NCBI GenBank assembly: GCA_045130455.1
Contig: JBGUPV010000155.1
Coordinates: 22,890-86,889 of the forward strand
Direction: 5' to 3'
DNA: 64,000 nt
Source of the DNA: Lachnospiraceae bacterium
Lineage (GTDB): Bacteria; Bacillota; Clostridia; Lachnospirales; Lachnospiraceae
In this document: positions 51,962-61,029 of the stretch, one piece after another
How positions within the stretch are numbered: the first letter of the stretch is position 1
Layout of the letters: every line of letters starts with the position of its first letter
The notes under the pieces: model-generated
What the model saw: only the letters and a program-made list of their open reading frames with translations
What the model was told of the DNA's origin: nothing
Databases searched by the model: none
Translations under genes and position numbers: made by a program

Positions 51962-54900
51962 TTACAGAAGTTCCAACAGATGCTTCTTGGCTTCGTCGTA
52001 CTCTTCCTCGGTGATGAGGTCATTCTCGTACGCCGTCTTCAACGCCTTCAGCTTCTTCGTGAAATCATCCATCGAGTTGTCCGCCGCGGGCTTCGGCTTC
52101 GCAGTCTCCTGTGCCGCCGCCTTTCTCGCGCGCTCACGCGCTACCTCGGCCGCTCTCATCGCCTGCTGCTGCAGGTACTCAGGAACGATCGGTCCGTCCT
52201 GAACCGGCTCAGGCTCGGGCTCCGCCTCGAAGCTTTCCGGCTCGTACTCAGGCTCTGCCTCGTAACCCTGCTGCGCGTATTCAGGCTCCGACTCCTCGTA
52301 CGCCGCACCGGCGTAGATCGGAATCTTCTGCGCTGCCGTCTCTTCCTGCTCGTAAGCCGGCCCCGCCATGTACGGTGCGCTCGGCTCCTCATACGCAGGT
52401 GCGGTCTCCGCGGTCTCCTCGACCTCTTCGTCCGCGCCGTCGACGCTCGCCTTCAGGTTCGCCCATTTTCCGCGAGCCGCCTCAAGCATCTTCGCAAAAT
52501 CGCCGGCCTGCTCGTTGACTTCTTCCTGCTCCGTCAGCTCGGCATCCGCCGCTTCCTCGGAAGCGCTTGCCGTATAACCTCTCGCCATGTTCAGTGCGGC
52601 GAGAACCGCATCGTTGGCGTTGGAAACCACAACCGGCTCAGGCTCCGTGTCGGCCTCGGTAACCGTAGCCGCCTCGGACATTGCCAAAGCCTCCGCCATC
52701 GCATCCGCGAACGAGGAAACTTCCTTCTCCTCCGTCTCAGCGACATTCTCAGCGGTCTCCTCAACCTGATCGTAAACATCCGCCAGATGACCCGGCGTCT
52801 GAATGTACTTCGCAAAAGGATTTTCCTCAGGCTGCGCTTCCGCTGCCGGCTCCTCGACCGCCGCGGGCTCTTCCTTCGCCTCCTCGGCGCCGTTGAATCC
52901 GCCGCCGTGCGTCAGCGCCCAGAGCACTGCCTGATTTGCATCCGGAACCACCGGTTCCTCGTAGGTCTCGATCGGGGAAGCTGCTTCCTCCGCTGCCTCT
53001 TCCGCGGTGTTCGCAGCCTCTGCTGCCGCTGCCGCCGAAGCCGCCATGAAATCCGCAAAGCTTCCGGTCTCCTCGAAGACTTCCTCCTCGACCGGCTGCT
53101 CCACCGGAGCGAACGGGCGAACCGGCTTCTCCTCCTCCGCTACCGGAGTGAACAGATCCGTGCCGATCTCCGCTGCTTCGGGATCGTAAGGCTTCTCCAC
53201 TTTGTCGAACATCGACTCCATGGTCTCTCTCGTGGAAAATGCGTCCAAACCGACCGCGTCGTCCGCAAGTTCGGCCACTGTCTCGTTCAGCTCTGCCGCA
53301 GGCTCCTCCGCTACGCGGAAAATGTCGTCTGCACCGGAGAACTGATCGCCGATCTCCTGAGCCGCGCTCGCGAACGGATCCGCCGCGGATTCCGCATCGC
53401 CGAAGAAATCATCGATCTGACGTGCTCTCTTTCCGAAGAAGTCATCGGTCTCGGTGACTCTCTCGCTGAACGTCGTCTCTGCCGACTCAGCTGCTCTTCT
53501 TGCTTCTTCCTCCGCTGCCTCAGCCGCTCTTCTTGCCTCTTCCTCAGCTTCCTCGGCTGCTCTGCGGGCCTCCTCTTCGGCTGCCGCTGCTTCCTCAGCC
53601 GCCCTTCTGGCCTCTTCCTCCTCAGCCGCTCTGCGGACTTCCTCTTCGGCTGCCGCTGCTTTCTCGGCTGCTCTTCTGGCCTCTTCCTCCTCGGCTGCTA
53701 TGCGGGCTGCCTCCTCGGCTGCCGCTGCTTCCTCAGCCGCTCTTCTTGCTTCTTCTTCCGCTGCCTCAGCGGCTCTTCTTGCCTCTTCCTCAGCTTCCTC
53801 GGCTGCTCTGCGGGCTTCCTCTTCGGCTGCCGCAGCTTCCTCAGCCGCTCTTCTTGCTTCTTCTTCCGCTGCCTCAGCGGCTCTTCTCGCCTCTTCCTCA
53901 GCTTCCTCGGCCGCCCTGCGGGCTTCCTCTTCCGCAGCTTCCGCAGCTCTTCTTGCTTCCTCTTCGGCCGCCGCAGCTTCCTCAGCCGCTCTGCGTGCTT
54001 CTTCCTCAGCCGCCGCAGCTGCTCTGCGGGCCTCTTCCTCGGCCGCCTCAGCTGCTCTTCTGGCTTCCTCTTCAGCCGCTCTCTGTGCCTCGGCCTCTGC
54101 CGCCGCAGCTTCCTCAGCCGCTCTGCGGGCTTCTTCCTCGGCTGCCGCCGCTGCCTCTTCCGCCGCTCTCTGTGCCTCAGCCTCCGCTGCTGCCGCAGCT
54201 TCCTCAGCCGCTCTCAGAGCTTCCGCCTCGGCGTCCGCAGCCTGCTGCGCATCCGCCTCGACTTCCTCTGCGATATCCTGAACTTCCGCCTCGGCTGCCA
54301 TCTTGGCCTCGCGCATGCGGTCGATCTCTTCCTGAAGCTTTCTTCTCGCTTCCGCCTGTTCCTGCTTACGACGCTCTTCCGAAGCAAGGAAGGACTCTGC
54401 CTGATCCGTTACTTCCTCTGCGGCTTCCGCTGCCTCCGCCTTGACGGCCTCTTCCGTCTCCGCAACCGTCTCGGTCACAACCGCAGCTGCATCCGCAGCA
54501 ACCTCCGCCGTCGTCTCGACAGCTTCCGAAACAACATTTTCCGCAGCGTTCGCGACTTCCGTCACGGCCTCTGCCGCGGTTTCCTCCGCGTTCGTCACTA
54601 CCGGGATCACGATCTCCTCGCCCGGAGCTTCCTCCGGAGTCGAAAGGCCGACGCTCGTGGTCGGAATATAATACTTCTTGTCTTTCTTTTCTCTCGGATT
54701 GGAGAACAGCGCGGTGTTCACGCCGCTGAGACCCTTGTCCTTCTCCTTATCCTTCTTCTTATTCTTCTTTTTGTCTTTCTTCTTATCGTTCTTGTCGCTG
54801 AATATCGTGCGCTCGCTGACGGCAGCACCGGCTTCCTCAACCTTCTCGGCTGCCTTCTCCGTCTCCGCGGCCGCGGTCTTCGCAGCCTCGGCGGCCTTGC

Positions 54901-56068
54901 GTTCCTTCTCGCGGGCAGCCTCCCAGGCCGCGTCGCGCTCCTTGCGCTCCTCCTCTTCCTCGGCGTTGCGCAGGAATGCCTCAAGGTCATTCGGGTTCGT
55001 GCTCTTGGTCTCCGGATGTCTCGTCGTGAGGATCACGTCGGAACCGTTCTGATCCTTCTTCTCATCCTTCGGAGCGCCGCCCTTCTTATCCTTCTTATTT
55101 TTCTTATCTCTCTTGCCGAAAATGCCGGACTCTTTCTTTTCGTCCTTCTTCTCGTCCTTCTTGTCGTCTTTCTTATCGTCCTTCTTCGAAGCATCCGCCT
55201 TCACGGCTTCACGCTGTACAAGGAACGGATCCGCGACCTTCTCGCGCGGCGCCTTTACTTCCGGTGCATCCTTCTTGCCGGCGTCCTTGGCATCCATTGC
55301 GTCCTTGCCGCCCTTATTGTCCTTGTTATCCTTGGCGTTTTTGCCGTCCTTGGCGTCCTTGCCGTCCGTCTTGTTCAGCGCGCCGAGCGGAACCGGTCTG
55401 CCGTTCTTGATCGCGATCGCTTCGCATTCCTCATCCGTGAGCGGGTCGTTCAGACGGCTGCAGCCCCACAGAAGGAGGGTCGGAACTCCCAGTACCAGGA
55501 AAATCTGGAGCGACATGATGATCGCTTCCCACCAGGTCATGCGGACTTCGGTCGGATGAAGGAGCTCACTGGCGATGTTCAGGAGCGTGAGCGCACTCGA
55601 CGCCGTCAGGATCAGACCTGCCATGCGGCTGCGGCTCAGCTCGTAAAACTTGTCTTTCGCATCCATGGTGATCGTCGCGGAAAATACAACGGCGACCAGA
55701 AGTCCCACGATCAGCGAGCACACGATGCCGCCGTACGCCAGCAGGTGCTTCTTGTCCTGATCAAGGCCCAGGATAATACCGAAATTAAAGCACAACAGGA
55801 TCGCACCGATCGCCATCGCGATGGATGCGTAATAGAACAATTGACTGAACTTGTTCGTGATGCCCTGGTATGCCGCATACGCGAACAGACCTCCCGCGAT
55901 CGTAAAGCAGAAGTAGGCAAGAATACGCAGTGTCGCGTACATCTCACCGAACTTGCCCGTGATCAATGACAGGACCAGCGTCGCAACCGTAAGTACCGCG
56001 ATCGCGCCGCCGCCGATCATGGCGAGCAGACAGGTCTTTTCCGTCCTTTTGTCCGGATATGCTTTCAT
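51962..56068 (-). CDS. 1368-aa membrane protein: about 6 TM N-domain, Lys/Asp-rich and Glu/Ala/Arg-repeat low-complexity body, C-terminal SHOCT domain
   Basis: The start is placed at the ATG at 56066-56068 (MKAYPDKRTEKTCLLAMIGGG), which has GGAGGAGGG upstream, 1 nt after the upstream stop. About six hydrophobic helices lie in residues 10-230. KDxK tracts and about 25 EEEARRAAE-type units follow. The C-terminus DDFTKKLKALKTAYENDLITEEEYDEAKKHLLELL matches the SHOCT pattern. Confidence 0.85.
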   Translation of the reverse strand: MKAYPDKRTEKTCLLAMIGGGAIAVLTVATLVLSLITGKFGEMYATLRILAYFCFTIAGGLFAYAAYQGITNKFSQLFYYASIAMAIGAILLCFNFGIILGLDQDKKHLLAYGGIVCSLIVGLLVAVVFSATITMDAKDKFYELSRSRMAGLILTASSALTLLNIASELLHPTEVRMTWWEAIIMSLQIFLVLGVPTLLLWGCSRLNDPLTDEECEAIAIKNGRPVPLGALNKTDGKDAKDGKNAKDNKDNKGGKDAMDAKDAGKKDAPEVKAPREKVADPFLVQREAVKADASKKDDKKDDKKDEKKDEKKESGIFGKRDKKNKKDKKGGAPKDEKKDQNGSDVILTTRHPETKSTNPNDLEAFLRNAEEEEERKERDAAWEAAREKERKAAEAAKTAAAETEKAAEKVEEAGAAVSERTIFSDKNDKKKDKKKNKKKDKEKDKGLSGVNTALFSNPREKKDKKYYIPTTSVGLSTPEEAPGEEIVIPVVTNAEETAAEAVTEVANAAENVVSEAVETTAEVAADAAAVVTETVAETEEAVKAEAAEAAEEVTDQAESFLASEERRKQEQAEARRKLQEEIDRMREAKMAAEAEVQDIAEEVEADAQQAADAEAEALRAAEEAAAAAEAEAQRAAEEAAAAAEEEARRAAEEAAAAEAEAQRAAEEEARRAAEAAEEEARRAAAAAEEEARRAAEEAAAAEEEARRAAEAAEEEARRAAEEAEEEARRAAEAAEEEARRAAEEAAAAEEEARRAAEEAEEEARRAAEAAEEEARRAAEEAAAAEEAARIAAEEEEARRAAEKAAAAEEEVRRAAEEEEARRAAEEAAAAEEEARRAAEEAEEEARRAAEAAEEEARRAAESAETTFSERVTETDDFFGKRARQIDDFFGDAESAADPFASAAQEIGDQFSGADDIFRVAEEPAAELNETVAELADDAVGLDAFSTRETMESMFDKVEKPYDPEAAEIGTDLFTPVAEEEKPVRPFAPVEQPVEEEVFEETGSFADFMAASAAAAAEAANTAEEAAEEAASPIETYEEPVVPDANQAVLWALTHGGGFNGAEEAKEEPAAVEEPAAEAQPEENPFAKYIQTPGHLADVYDQVEETAENVAETEEKEVSSFADAMAEALAMSEAATVTEADTEPEPVVVSNANDAVLAALNMARGYTASASEEAADAELTEQEEVNEQAGDFAKMLEAARGKWANLKASVDGADEEVEETAETAPAYEEPSAPYMAGPAYEQEETAAQKIPIYAGAAYEESEPEYAQQGYEAEPEYEPESFEAEPEPEPVQDGPIVPEYLQQQAMRAAEVARERARKAAAQETAKPKPAADNSMDDFTKKLKALKTAYENDLITEEEYDEAKKHLLELL
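53470..54290 (-). repeat. in-frame coding tandem repeats (33/42-nt units, 108-nt higher-order copies) encoding EEEARRAAE(A/E)A units
   Basis: Near-identical 108-nt blocks start at 53488, 53734 and 53842 (cagc[c/t]gctcttcttgcttcttc[c/t]tccgctgcctcagc...). The last two are exactly 108 nt apart. Confidence 0.85.
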
Positions 56069-56069
56069 C

Positions 56070-56954
56070 CTAATTCCCTCCTCCGGTTTTGGTTTCGGCA
56101 TCCGCATCGGAGCCTTCCGTTTCGACAGCATCTTTGCTGCCGTCTTCCTTTCCGGCCTGATCGCCGGTTCTCTCTTCTATCGGCTTATCGCCGTCCGGAT
56201 CGTCGCTGTCTTTCTTCTCTGCAGCGACAACGTCCTTTTTGTCGTTGTCTTCCTTCTTTGCGGCGGCCTCATCCTTCACGTCGCCGTCTTCCTTCTTCGC
56301 AGCGGCCTCATCCTTCACGTCGCTGCCTTCCTTCTTAACAGCGTCCCCGCCGTCCTTCTGTCCGGCATTTTTCGCGCCGTTCTTCTTCCGCTCGCCCCCG
56401 GGGCCGTCAAGCTTGGCGGCAAGCATCTTCAATCCTTCGATCAGAAAATCCTTCGTCACGATCCCGCCGTTCCATCCGCCGCAGTCCAGCTCCGACAGAT
56501 AAAAGCGGTCTCCCATGTCGATCGCGCCCGCGAGCAGCGAGAGCGATGCCTGCTCGAACTTCGCCACGAACTCTTCCTGCGACAGCGGGATCTCGATCGT
56601 CGACATCGCGCGTGACAACCGGTTCCAGAACTGTCTGGAGGACCGGCTTCCCCCGCTCTTGGGCAGCTCCGTGAAGAGCTCCCAGAGATAGTGCTTGCCT
56701 CTCTCCAGCGGGAAAAGGAACGGCACCTCCCGGTCGAGGGCATCGAGTCCGGGCTCTGTTATATGGAAAATATAGGAAGCATCGTAGCGGTTCCCCTCCT
56801 CCGGAGTCGGCTCCGCAGCGTTGCATTGGATCGCTTCAAATCGATTAAAATCCCAATCCGGATAAAACTTCCGGGCGCTTTCCGTGATTACCTCACAGGA
56901 CCGTTCTTCCAATATAAGAAGACGCATGTCCAACTTTTTTCTCGGAAATGACAT
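56070..56954 (-). CDS. hypothetical cytoplasmic protein with Lys/Asp/Glu-rich C-terminal tail
   Basis: The stop TAG at 56070-56072 abuts the next gene's ATG. The start is uncertain. I prefer the ATG at 56952-56954 (MSFPRKKLD, weak AGGGA RBS). The track start at 57023 is a GTG without an RBS, and the ATG at 56927 is another option. The tail contains the duplicated VKDEAAAKKEDGD / VKDEAAAKKEDND. Confidence 0.6.
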   Translation of the reverse strand: MSFPRKKLDMRLLILEERSCEVITESARKFYPDWDFNRFEAIQCNAAEPTPEEGNRYDASYIFHITEPGLDALDREVPFLFPLERGKHYLWELFTELPKSGGSRSSRQFWNRLSRAMSTIEIPLSQEEFVAKFEQASLSLLAGAIDMGDRFYLSELDCGGWNGGIVTKDFLIEGLKMLAAKLDGPGGERKKNGAKNAGQKDGGDAVKKEGSDVKDEAAAKKEDGDVKDEAAAKKEDNDKKDVVAAEKKDSDDPDGDKPIEERTGDQAGKEDGSKDAVETEGSDADAETKTGGGN

Positions 56955-57054
56955 TCTTATCGTCCCTGTCTGTGAAAAATCTGTCAATGTTCTACGATTG
57001 TAGTACGAAAAATCGGAGAACACAAAGTAGGCATCTTAAGATAACCTATTGATG

Positions 57055-57083
57055 AATATATCACGCATTTTCCCCATAGTCAA
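57055..57083 (-). promoter_or_regulatory. sigma-70-type promoter (extended -10) of the 56954-to-51962 gene pair
   Basis: Minus strand: TTGACT (rc of 57078-57083), a 17-nt spacer ending in TGA, then TATATT (rc of 57055-57060). Confidence 0.6.
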
Positions 57084-57361
57084 TGCGTTTTCAGACGGAA
57101 AATGTGGTTTTTTGCACAAAAAAAATACGTTTTCCGCCGATATCGCAGATTTTGTTCTACTTTTGTAGTCTCTCCTCCATCGGAGTCCATTTTCGACCGG
57201 TTCCCGCACACAGTTTTTTCACGCGCGCACGCACACGGGAGAAGATATGACATTCGCATTTTCATACGAACTGTGGTATCATAAAACGCGTGGCGTCATC
57301 CTCCCGGAACGCCCTGACAGAACGAAAGGATTTCCCCCGCCTTCCGGGGGCAGACATACGT

Positions 57362-59182
57362 ATGACTCAGACCGTGAATCATCATTTTCCGACCGTGATC
57401 CTTCTCGCGATCCTCGCGGTGCTTCTTCTCGCATCCTGCGGAAAGACTCCCGCGCCCGCGCCGGAGGACACGCCCATCTCCATCATCCCGATCACGCCCG
57501 CCGCCGGCGAGCCGACCGTGGCGATCCCCGATGTTAAGATCGAGGACATCGATTTCACGAACGCGGAAGTGTTCGGAACCGCTCCGGTCTACTCCGAGAC
57601 CGGCTCCTTCTATAAAGAAGCGATCACGCTGCAGATTCAAAGTGCCGCGCCGAACGGCGTCATCTACTACACAACGAACGGCCACGAGCCCAAGCCGAAC
57701 GACCTGACCAGCGTCCGCTACGAAGGTCCTCTTTCGCTCGAGCCGACCGAGGGCGATTATCCGCGCGCATACCTGATCAAGGCCAAGACCTACTACACCG
57801 ACGGCACCGTCTCGCCCACAGCCGTCCACACCTTCTTCATAAGCAAAAACATTTTCGAGCGCTACACCGAGTCCACGTCGACCGAGCGCTTCTATATCGT
57901 GAGCATTGCCGGCGAGCCCTCTGATTACACAAAAGGCCCCTCGGGCATCCTCTACGGACAGAATTACGAGTTCCGCGGCGACTTCTCGGAGCGCGCGGCG
58001 CACGTTGAGATTGTGGACACCCACGGCAATCTTCTGATCGACCAGTTCGCCGGAGCGCGCGTCTACGGTGCGTACTCCCGCCGCAACGCGGTCAAATCCC
58101 TGAAACTCTTCGCCCGCAAGTCCTACGATGAAAATGCTGGCAAGTTCAAATTCGATTTCTTCGGAACCGAAAATGCCCTGGGCGAGGAGATCGGCTCCTA
58201 CGACAAGCTCGTGCTCCGCAGCTACGGCAACGACTGGCAGTTCGGTTTCCTTCGCGACGAGCTCAACCAGCGCCTCGCCGCCGAAGCCGGCTTCCCGTTC
58301 ACCGAGGCCGTCGTTCCCGCCGTGGTCTATCTCAACGGCACGTTTTACAACTTCGTGTGGATGCACGAGAGCTACTGCGACGCGTATTTCAAGCAGAAGG
58401 TTCCGTCCGACACTCTCAAGGGCGAGTTCGTCGTCATCGGCGGCACCGAGACGGATAAAAAGACCGACACGGACTCCAACGACGTCAATGAGTGCGCGGA
58501 ATTCAACGCCGCCTACAAAGAGTTCATCGAAATGAACTTCGAGGACGATGAGGACTACGCGAAGCTCACGAAGTTCATGGACGTTGAAAGCTACCTTGAT
58601 TTCTACGCGGTCAACATCTACATCTGCAACTACGACTGGCCGCACAACAACTACAAATGCTTCCGCTACTACCCGGACGAGTCCGGCGAACTCGGCGAGG
58701 GCATCTACGACGGCCGCTGGCGCTTCCTGCCGCACGACATGGACTACTGCTACAACATCTACAACAACCAAGAGTGCCCCGTGGAAACCAACTATCTGAA
58801 GACCGTCATGACCAAGGGCAACCAGCGCTATTCTCCGCTGTTCACCCTGCTGATGGACCGTGACGAGTGCCGCGAGTATTTCGTAAAGAAGATACTTGAG
58901 TTGGCGGACGGCGCATTTTCCGCGGAATCCGTCTACGCGATGATCGATCAGATGACGTCCGAGCAGGGCGACGAGATCGGCTACTACATCGAGGCGATGA
59001 AGCGCACGTACAACAAGAACAACAACGGCTGGGGCAACGATATCTGGACATCCGTCGGCTACTCCCAGGGTTCGCTCGACAACATCCGCACCTTCGCGAC
59101 CTCCCGCAAGAGTTACATTCTCTCGCACATCGAGAGCGAGCTCATGAGCGCCGAGGAGATTGAGGAACTCCTGAGCCGCTGA
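57362..59182 (+). CDS. CotH-family (atypical kinase fold) lipoprotein with an N-terminal chitobiase/hexosaminidase-C-like domain
   Basis: The start is placed at the ATG at 57362 (MTQTVNHHFPTVILLAILAVLLLASC, lipobox). GVIYYTTNGHEPKPNDLTSVRYEGPL is typical of the CHB_HEX_C-type domain. CotH-like blocks: ARVYGAYSRRNAVKSLKLFARKSY, LVLRSYGNDWQFGFLRDEL, VYLNGTFYNFVWMHES, WRFLPHDMDYCY. Confidence 0.8.
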   Translation: MTQTVNHHFPTVILLAILAVLLLASCGKTPAPAPEDTPISIIPITPAAGEPTVAIPDVKIEDIDFTNAEVFGTAPVYSETGSFYKEAITLQIQSAAPNGVIYYTTNGHEPKPNDLTSVRYEGPLSLEPTEGDYPRAYLIKAKTYYTDGTVSPTAVHTFFISKNIFERYTESTSTERFYIVSIAGEPSDYTKGPSGILYGQNYEFRGDFSERAAHVEIVDTHGNLLIDQFAGARVYGAYSRRNAVKSLKLFARKSYDENAGKFKFDFFGTENALGEEIGSYDKLVLRSYGNDWQFGFLRDELNQRLAAEAGFPFTEAVVPAVVYLNGTFYNFVWMHESYCDAYFKQKVPSDTLKGEFVVIGGTETDKKTDTDSNDVNECAEFNAAYKEFIEMNFEDDEDYAKLTKFMDVESYLDFYAVNIYICNYDWPHNNYKCFRYYPDESGELGEGIYDGRWRFLPHDMDYCYNIYNNQECPVETNYLKTVMTKGNQRYSPLFTLLMDRDECREYFVKKILELADGAFSAESVYAMIDQMTSEQGDEIGYYIEAMKRTYNKNNNGWGNDIWTSVGYSQGSLDNIRTFATSRKSYILSHIESELMSAEEIEELLSR

Positions 59183-59241
59183 TCCGGCCGCGCCGCCGGC
59201 CCCCACAAGCTACTCCAAACCTACGAATCGAGGATTACATC

Positions 59242-61029
59242 ATGAAATGGATCCTGCACTACATGGGACGCTATCGAGAGCGCGTCGCAATCGGGATGAC
59301 CGTCAAATTCCTGGGCACGATCGGCGAGCTTTTGCTGCCGTTCCTCCTGGCTTTCATCATCGACGACGTCGTCCCCGGCGGCCAGCTCCGCTGGGTAGTC
59401 GCGTTCGGTATCCTGATGATCTTCACCGCCGTTCTGGTGCGGACACTGAACATCTCGGCGAACCGCAAAGCCACCGCGGTGGCGCGTGACTGCATCCGTG
59501 ACCTGCGCCACGACCTCTTCGCGACGACGATCCATCTGACCGGCTCGCAGTTCGACTACGTGACGCTGCCGTCGCTCATTTCCCGAATGACCTCCGACAC
59601 GTACAACGTGCAGAACTTCATCGGAATGATCCAGCGAATGGGAGTCCGCGCGGTCATCATGCTGCTCGGAAGCATTTTCCTGTCCGCGTTCCTCGATCCG
59701 TTCCTCGCGCTCGTGCTGGTGTGCATGGTGCCGATCATGGCGGGCACCATCCTCTTCATCTCCTTCAAGGGCATCCCGATGTACCGCGCCGTACAGGACC
59801 GTGTGGACCGCATCACCCGCGTTCTTCGGGAAAATATCACGGGCATCCGCGTCGTCAAAGCGCTCTCCCGCGAGGACTATGAGACGAAGCGCTACGGCGA
59901 GGCCAACGACGACCTCACCTCCACGGATCTTCGCACCGGCATCACGATGGCGCTGCCGAACCCGATCCTCAACCTGTGTCTCAACATCGGTCTGACGCTC
60001 GTCATCATCCTCGGCGCGCGCCGCGTCAACAACGGCGTGATGGCCCCCGGCGTCATCCTCGCATTCCTCTCGTATTTCAACATGATCCTTCAGGCGATCA
60101 TGGGTATGAACCGCATCTTCATCCAGTCAACCAAGGCCGGCGCCTCCGCCAACCGTATCGGCGAGGTGCTCGCGCTCGCCTCCGACCAGCCGCCCGTTCT
60201 CACGGAAAATGAGTGCGCCGTCATTCCGGAATCCATGCGCGGCGGGGACGGTGAGCTGCCGTTCGTCGCATTTGACGACGTGTCCTTCTCCTACCCTGTG
60301 CTGGACGCCAGGGAATCCGTGGATGAGAACCGCGAGGACGCGATCCGCAACATTTCGTTCTCGATCGGACGCGGCGAGTCCCTCGGCATCATCGGCGCGA
60401 CCGGCTGCGGCAAATCCACGCTCATCAACCTTCTGATGCGCTTCTACGACACCGACCGCGGCGGCATCTTCTTCGACGGCCGCGACGTGCGCTCCTACGC
60501 GCCCGATGAGCTGCGGCGCCACATGAGCGTCGTATTCCAGAATGACACGATCTTCGCGGACACCCTCGCCGCCAACATCCGCTTCGGCCGAGATGTCTCC
60601 GACGACGCGATGTTCCGCGCCGCGGAGGACGCCAACATCTCGGCGATGATCGAGACACTTCCCGAGCGCTTCGAGTACCGCGCGACGAAGGCCGGCGCGA
60701 ACTTAAGCGGCGGCGAGAAACAGAGGATCCTCATTTCCCGCGCCCTCGCCTCGAATCCGGAACTTCTGATCCTCGACGACTCCTCGAGCGCTCTCGATTA
60801 CAAGACGGACGCTGCCCTCCGGCACGCGATCCGCACCCATTACCCGGACACGACCACGATCACCATCGCGCAGCGCATCAGCTCCGTCATGAGCCTCGAC
60901 CGCATCCTCGTGATGGACAACGGTCAAATGATCGGCTTCGGCACGCACGCGGAGCTTCTCCGCGACTGCGAGGTATACCGCGACATCTATGTGTCGCAGA
61001 CAGGAGGTGATGTCAATGCCTCTGCTTAG
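59242..61029 (+). CDS. ABC exporter, fused permease/ATPase (heterodimer subunit 1)
   Basis: 595 aa with a 6-TM exporter domain. Walker A GATGCGKST, signature LSGGEKQR, Walker B LLILDDSSSALD. Confidence 0.92.
   Translation: MKWILHYMGRYRERVAIGMTVKFLGTIGELLLPFLLAFIIDDVVPGGQLRWVVAFGILMIFTAVLVRTLNISANRKATAVARDCIRDLRHDLFATTIHLTGSQFDYVTLPSLISRMTSDTYNVQNFIGMIQRMGVRAVIMLLGSIFLSAFLDPFLALVLVCMVPIMAGTILFISFKGIPMYRAVQDRVDRITRVLRENITGIRVVKALSREDYETKRYGEANDDLTSTDLRTGITMALPNPILNLCLNIGLTLVIILGARRVNNGVMAPGVILAFLSYFNMILQAIMGMNRIFIQSTKAGASANRIGEVLALASDQPPVLTENECAVIPESMRGGDGELPFVAFDDVSFSYPVLDARESVDENREDAIRNISFSIGRGESLGIIGATGCGKSTLINLLMRFYDTDRGGIFFDGRDVRSYAPDELRRHMSVVFQNDTIFADTLAANIRFGRDVSDDAMFRAAEDANISAMIETLPERFEYRATKAGANLSGGEKQRILISRALASNPELLILDDSSSALDYKTDAALRHAIRTHYPDTTTITIAQRISSVMSLDRILVMDNGQMIGFGTHAELLRDCEVYRDIYVSQTGGDVNASA

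Noticed and set aside
32770-54290. The GC-rich repeat tracts at 32.8-33.3 kb and 53.5-54.3 kb as non-coding satellites or a mobile-element remnant.
   Set aside because: Both keep a single long reading frame continuous with flanking recognisable domains (NADAR and Macro in one, TM domain and SHOCT in the other). Their periodicities are multiples of 3. They are coding low-complexity repeats.
51944-55969. 1341-aa plus-strand ORF, the second-longest in the window.
   Set aside because: It lies exactly antisense to the SHOCT membrane-protein gene. Its translation is Arg/Leu/Cys/Ser-rich low-complexity sequence with no domain, no RBS and no sensible start. The minus-strand frame has TM helices, an RBS and a recognisable SHOCT domain. 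It is a shadow ORF caused by GC-rich repeats that lack stop codons on both strands.
57296-59206. 636-aa minus-strand ORF covering the whole CotH gene.
   Set aside because: Its composition is Ala/Gly/Val/Arg-rich antisense-type sequence with no motifs. The plus frame has a lipobox signal peptide and CotH/CHB_HEX_C blocks.
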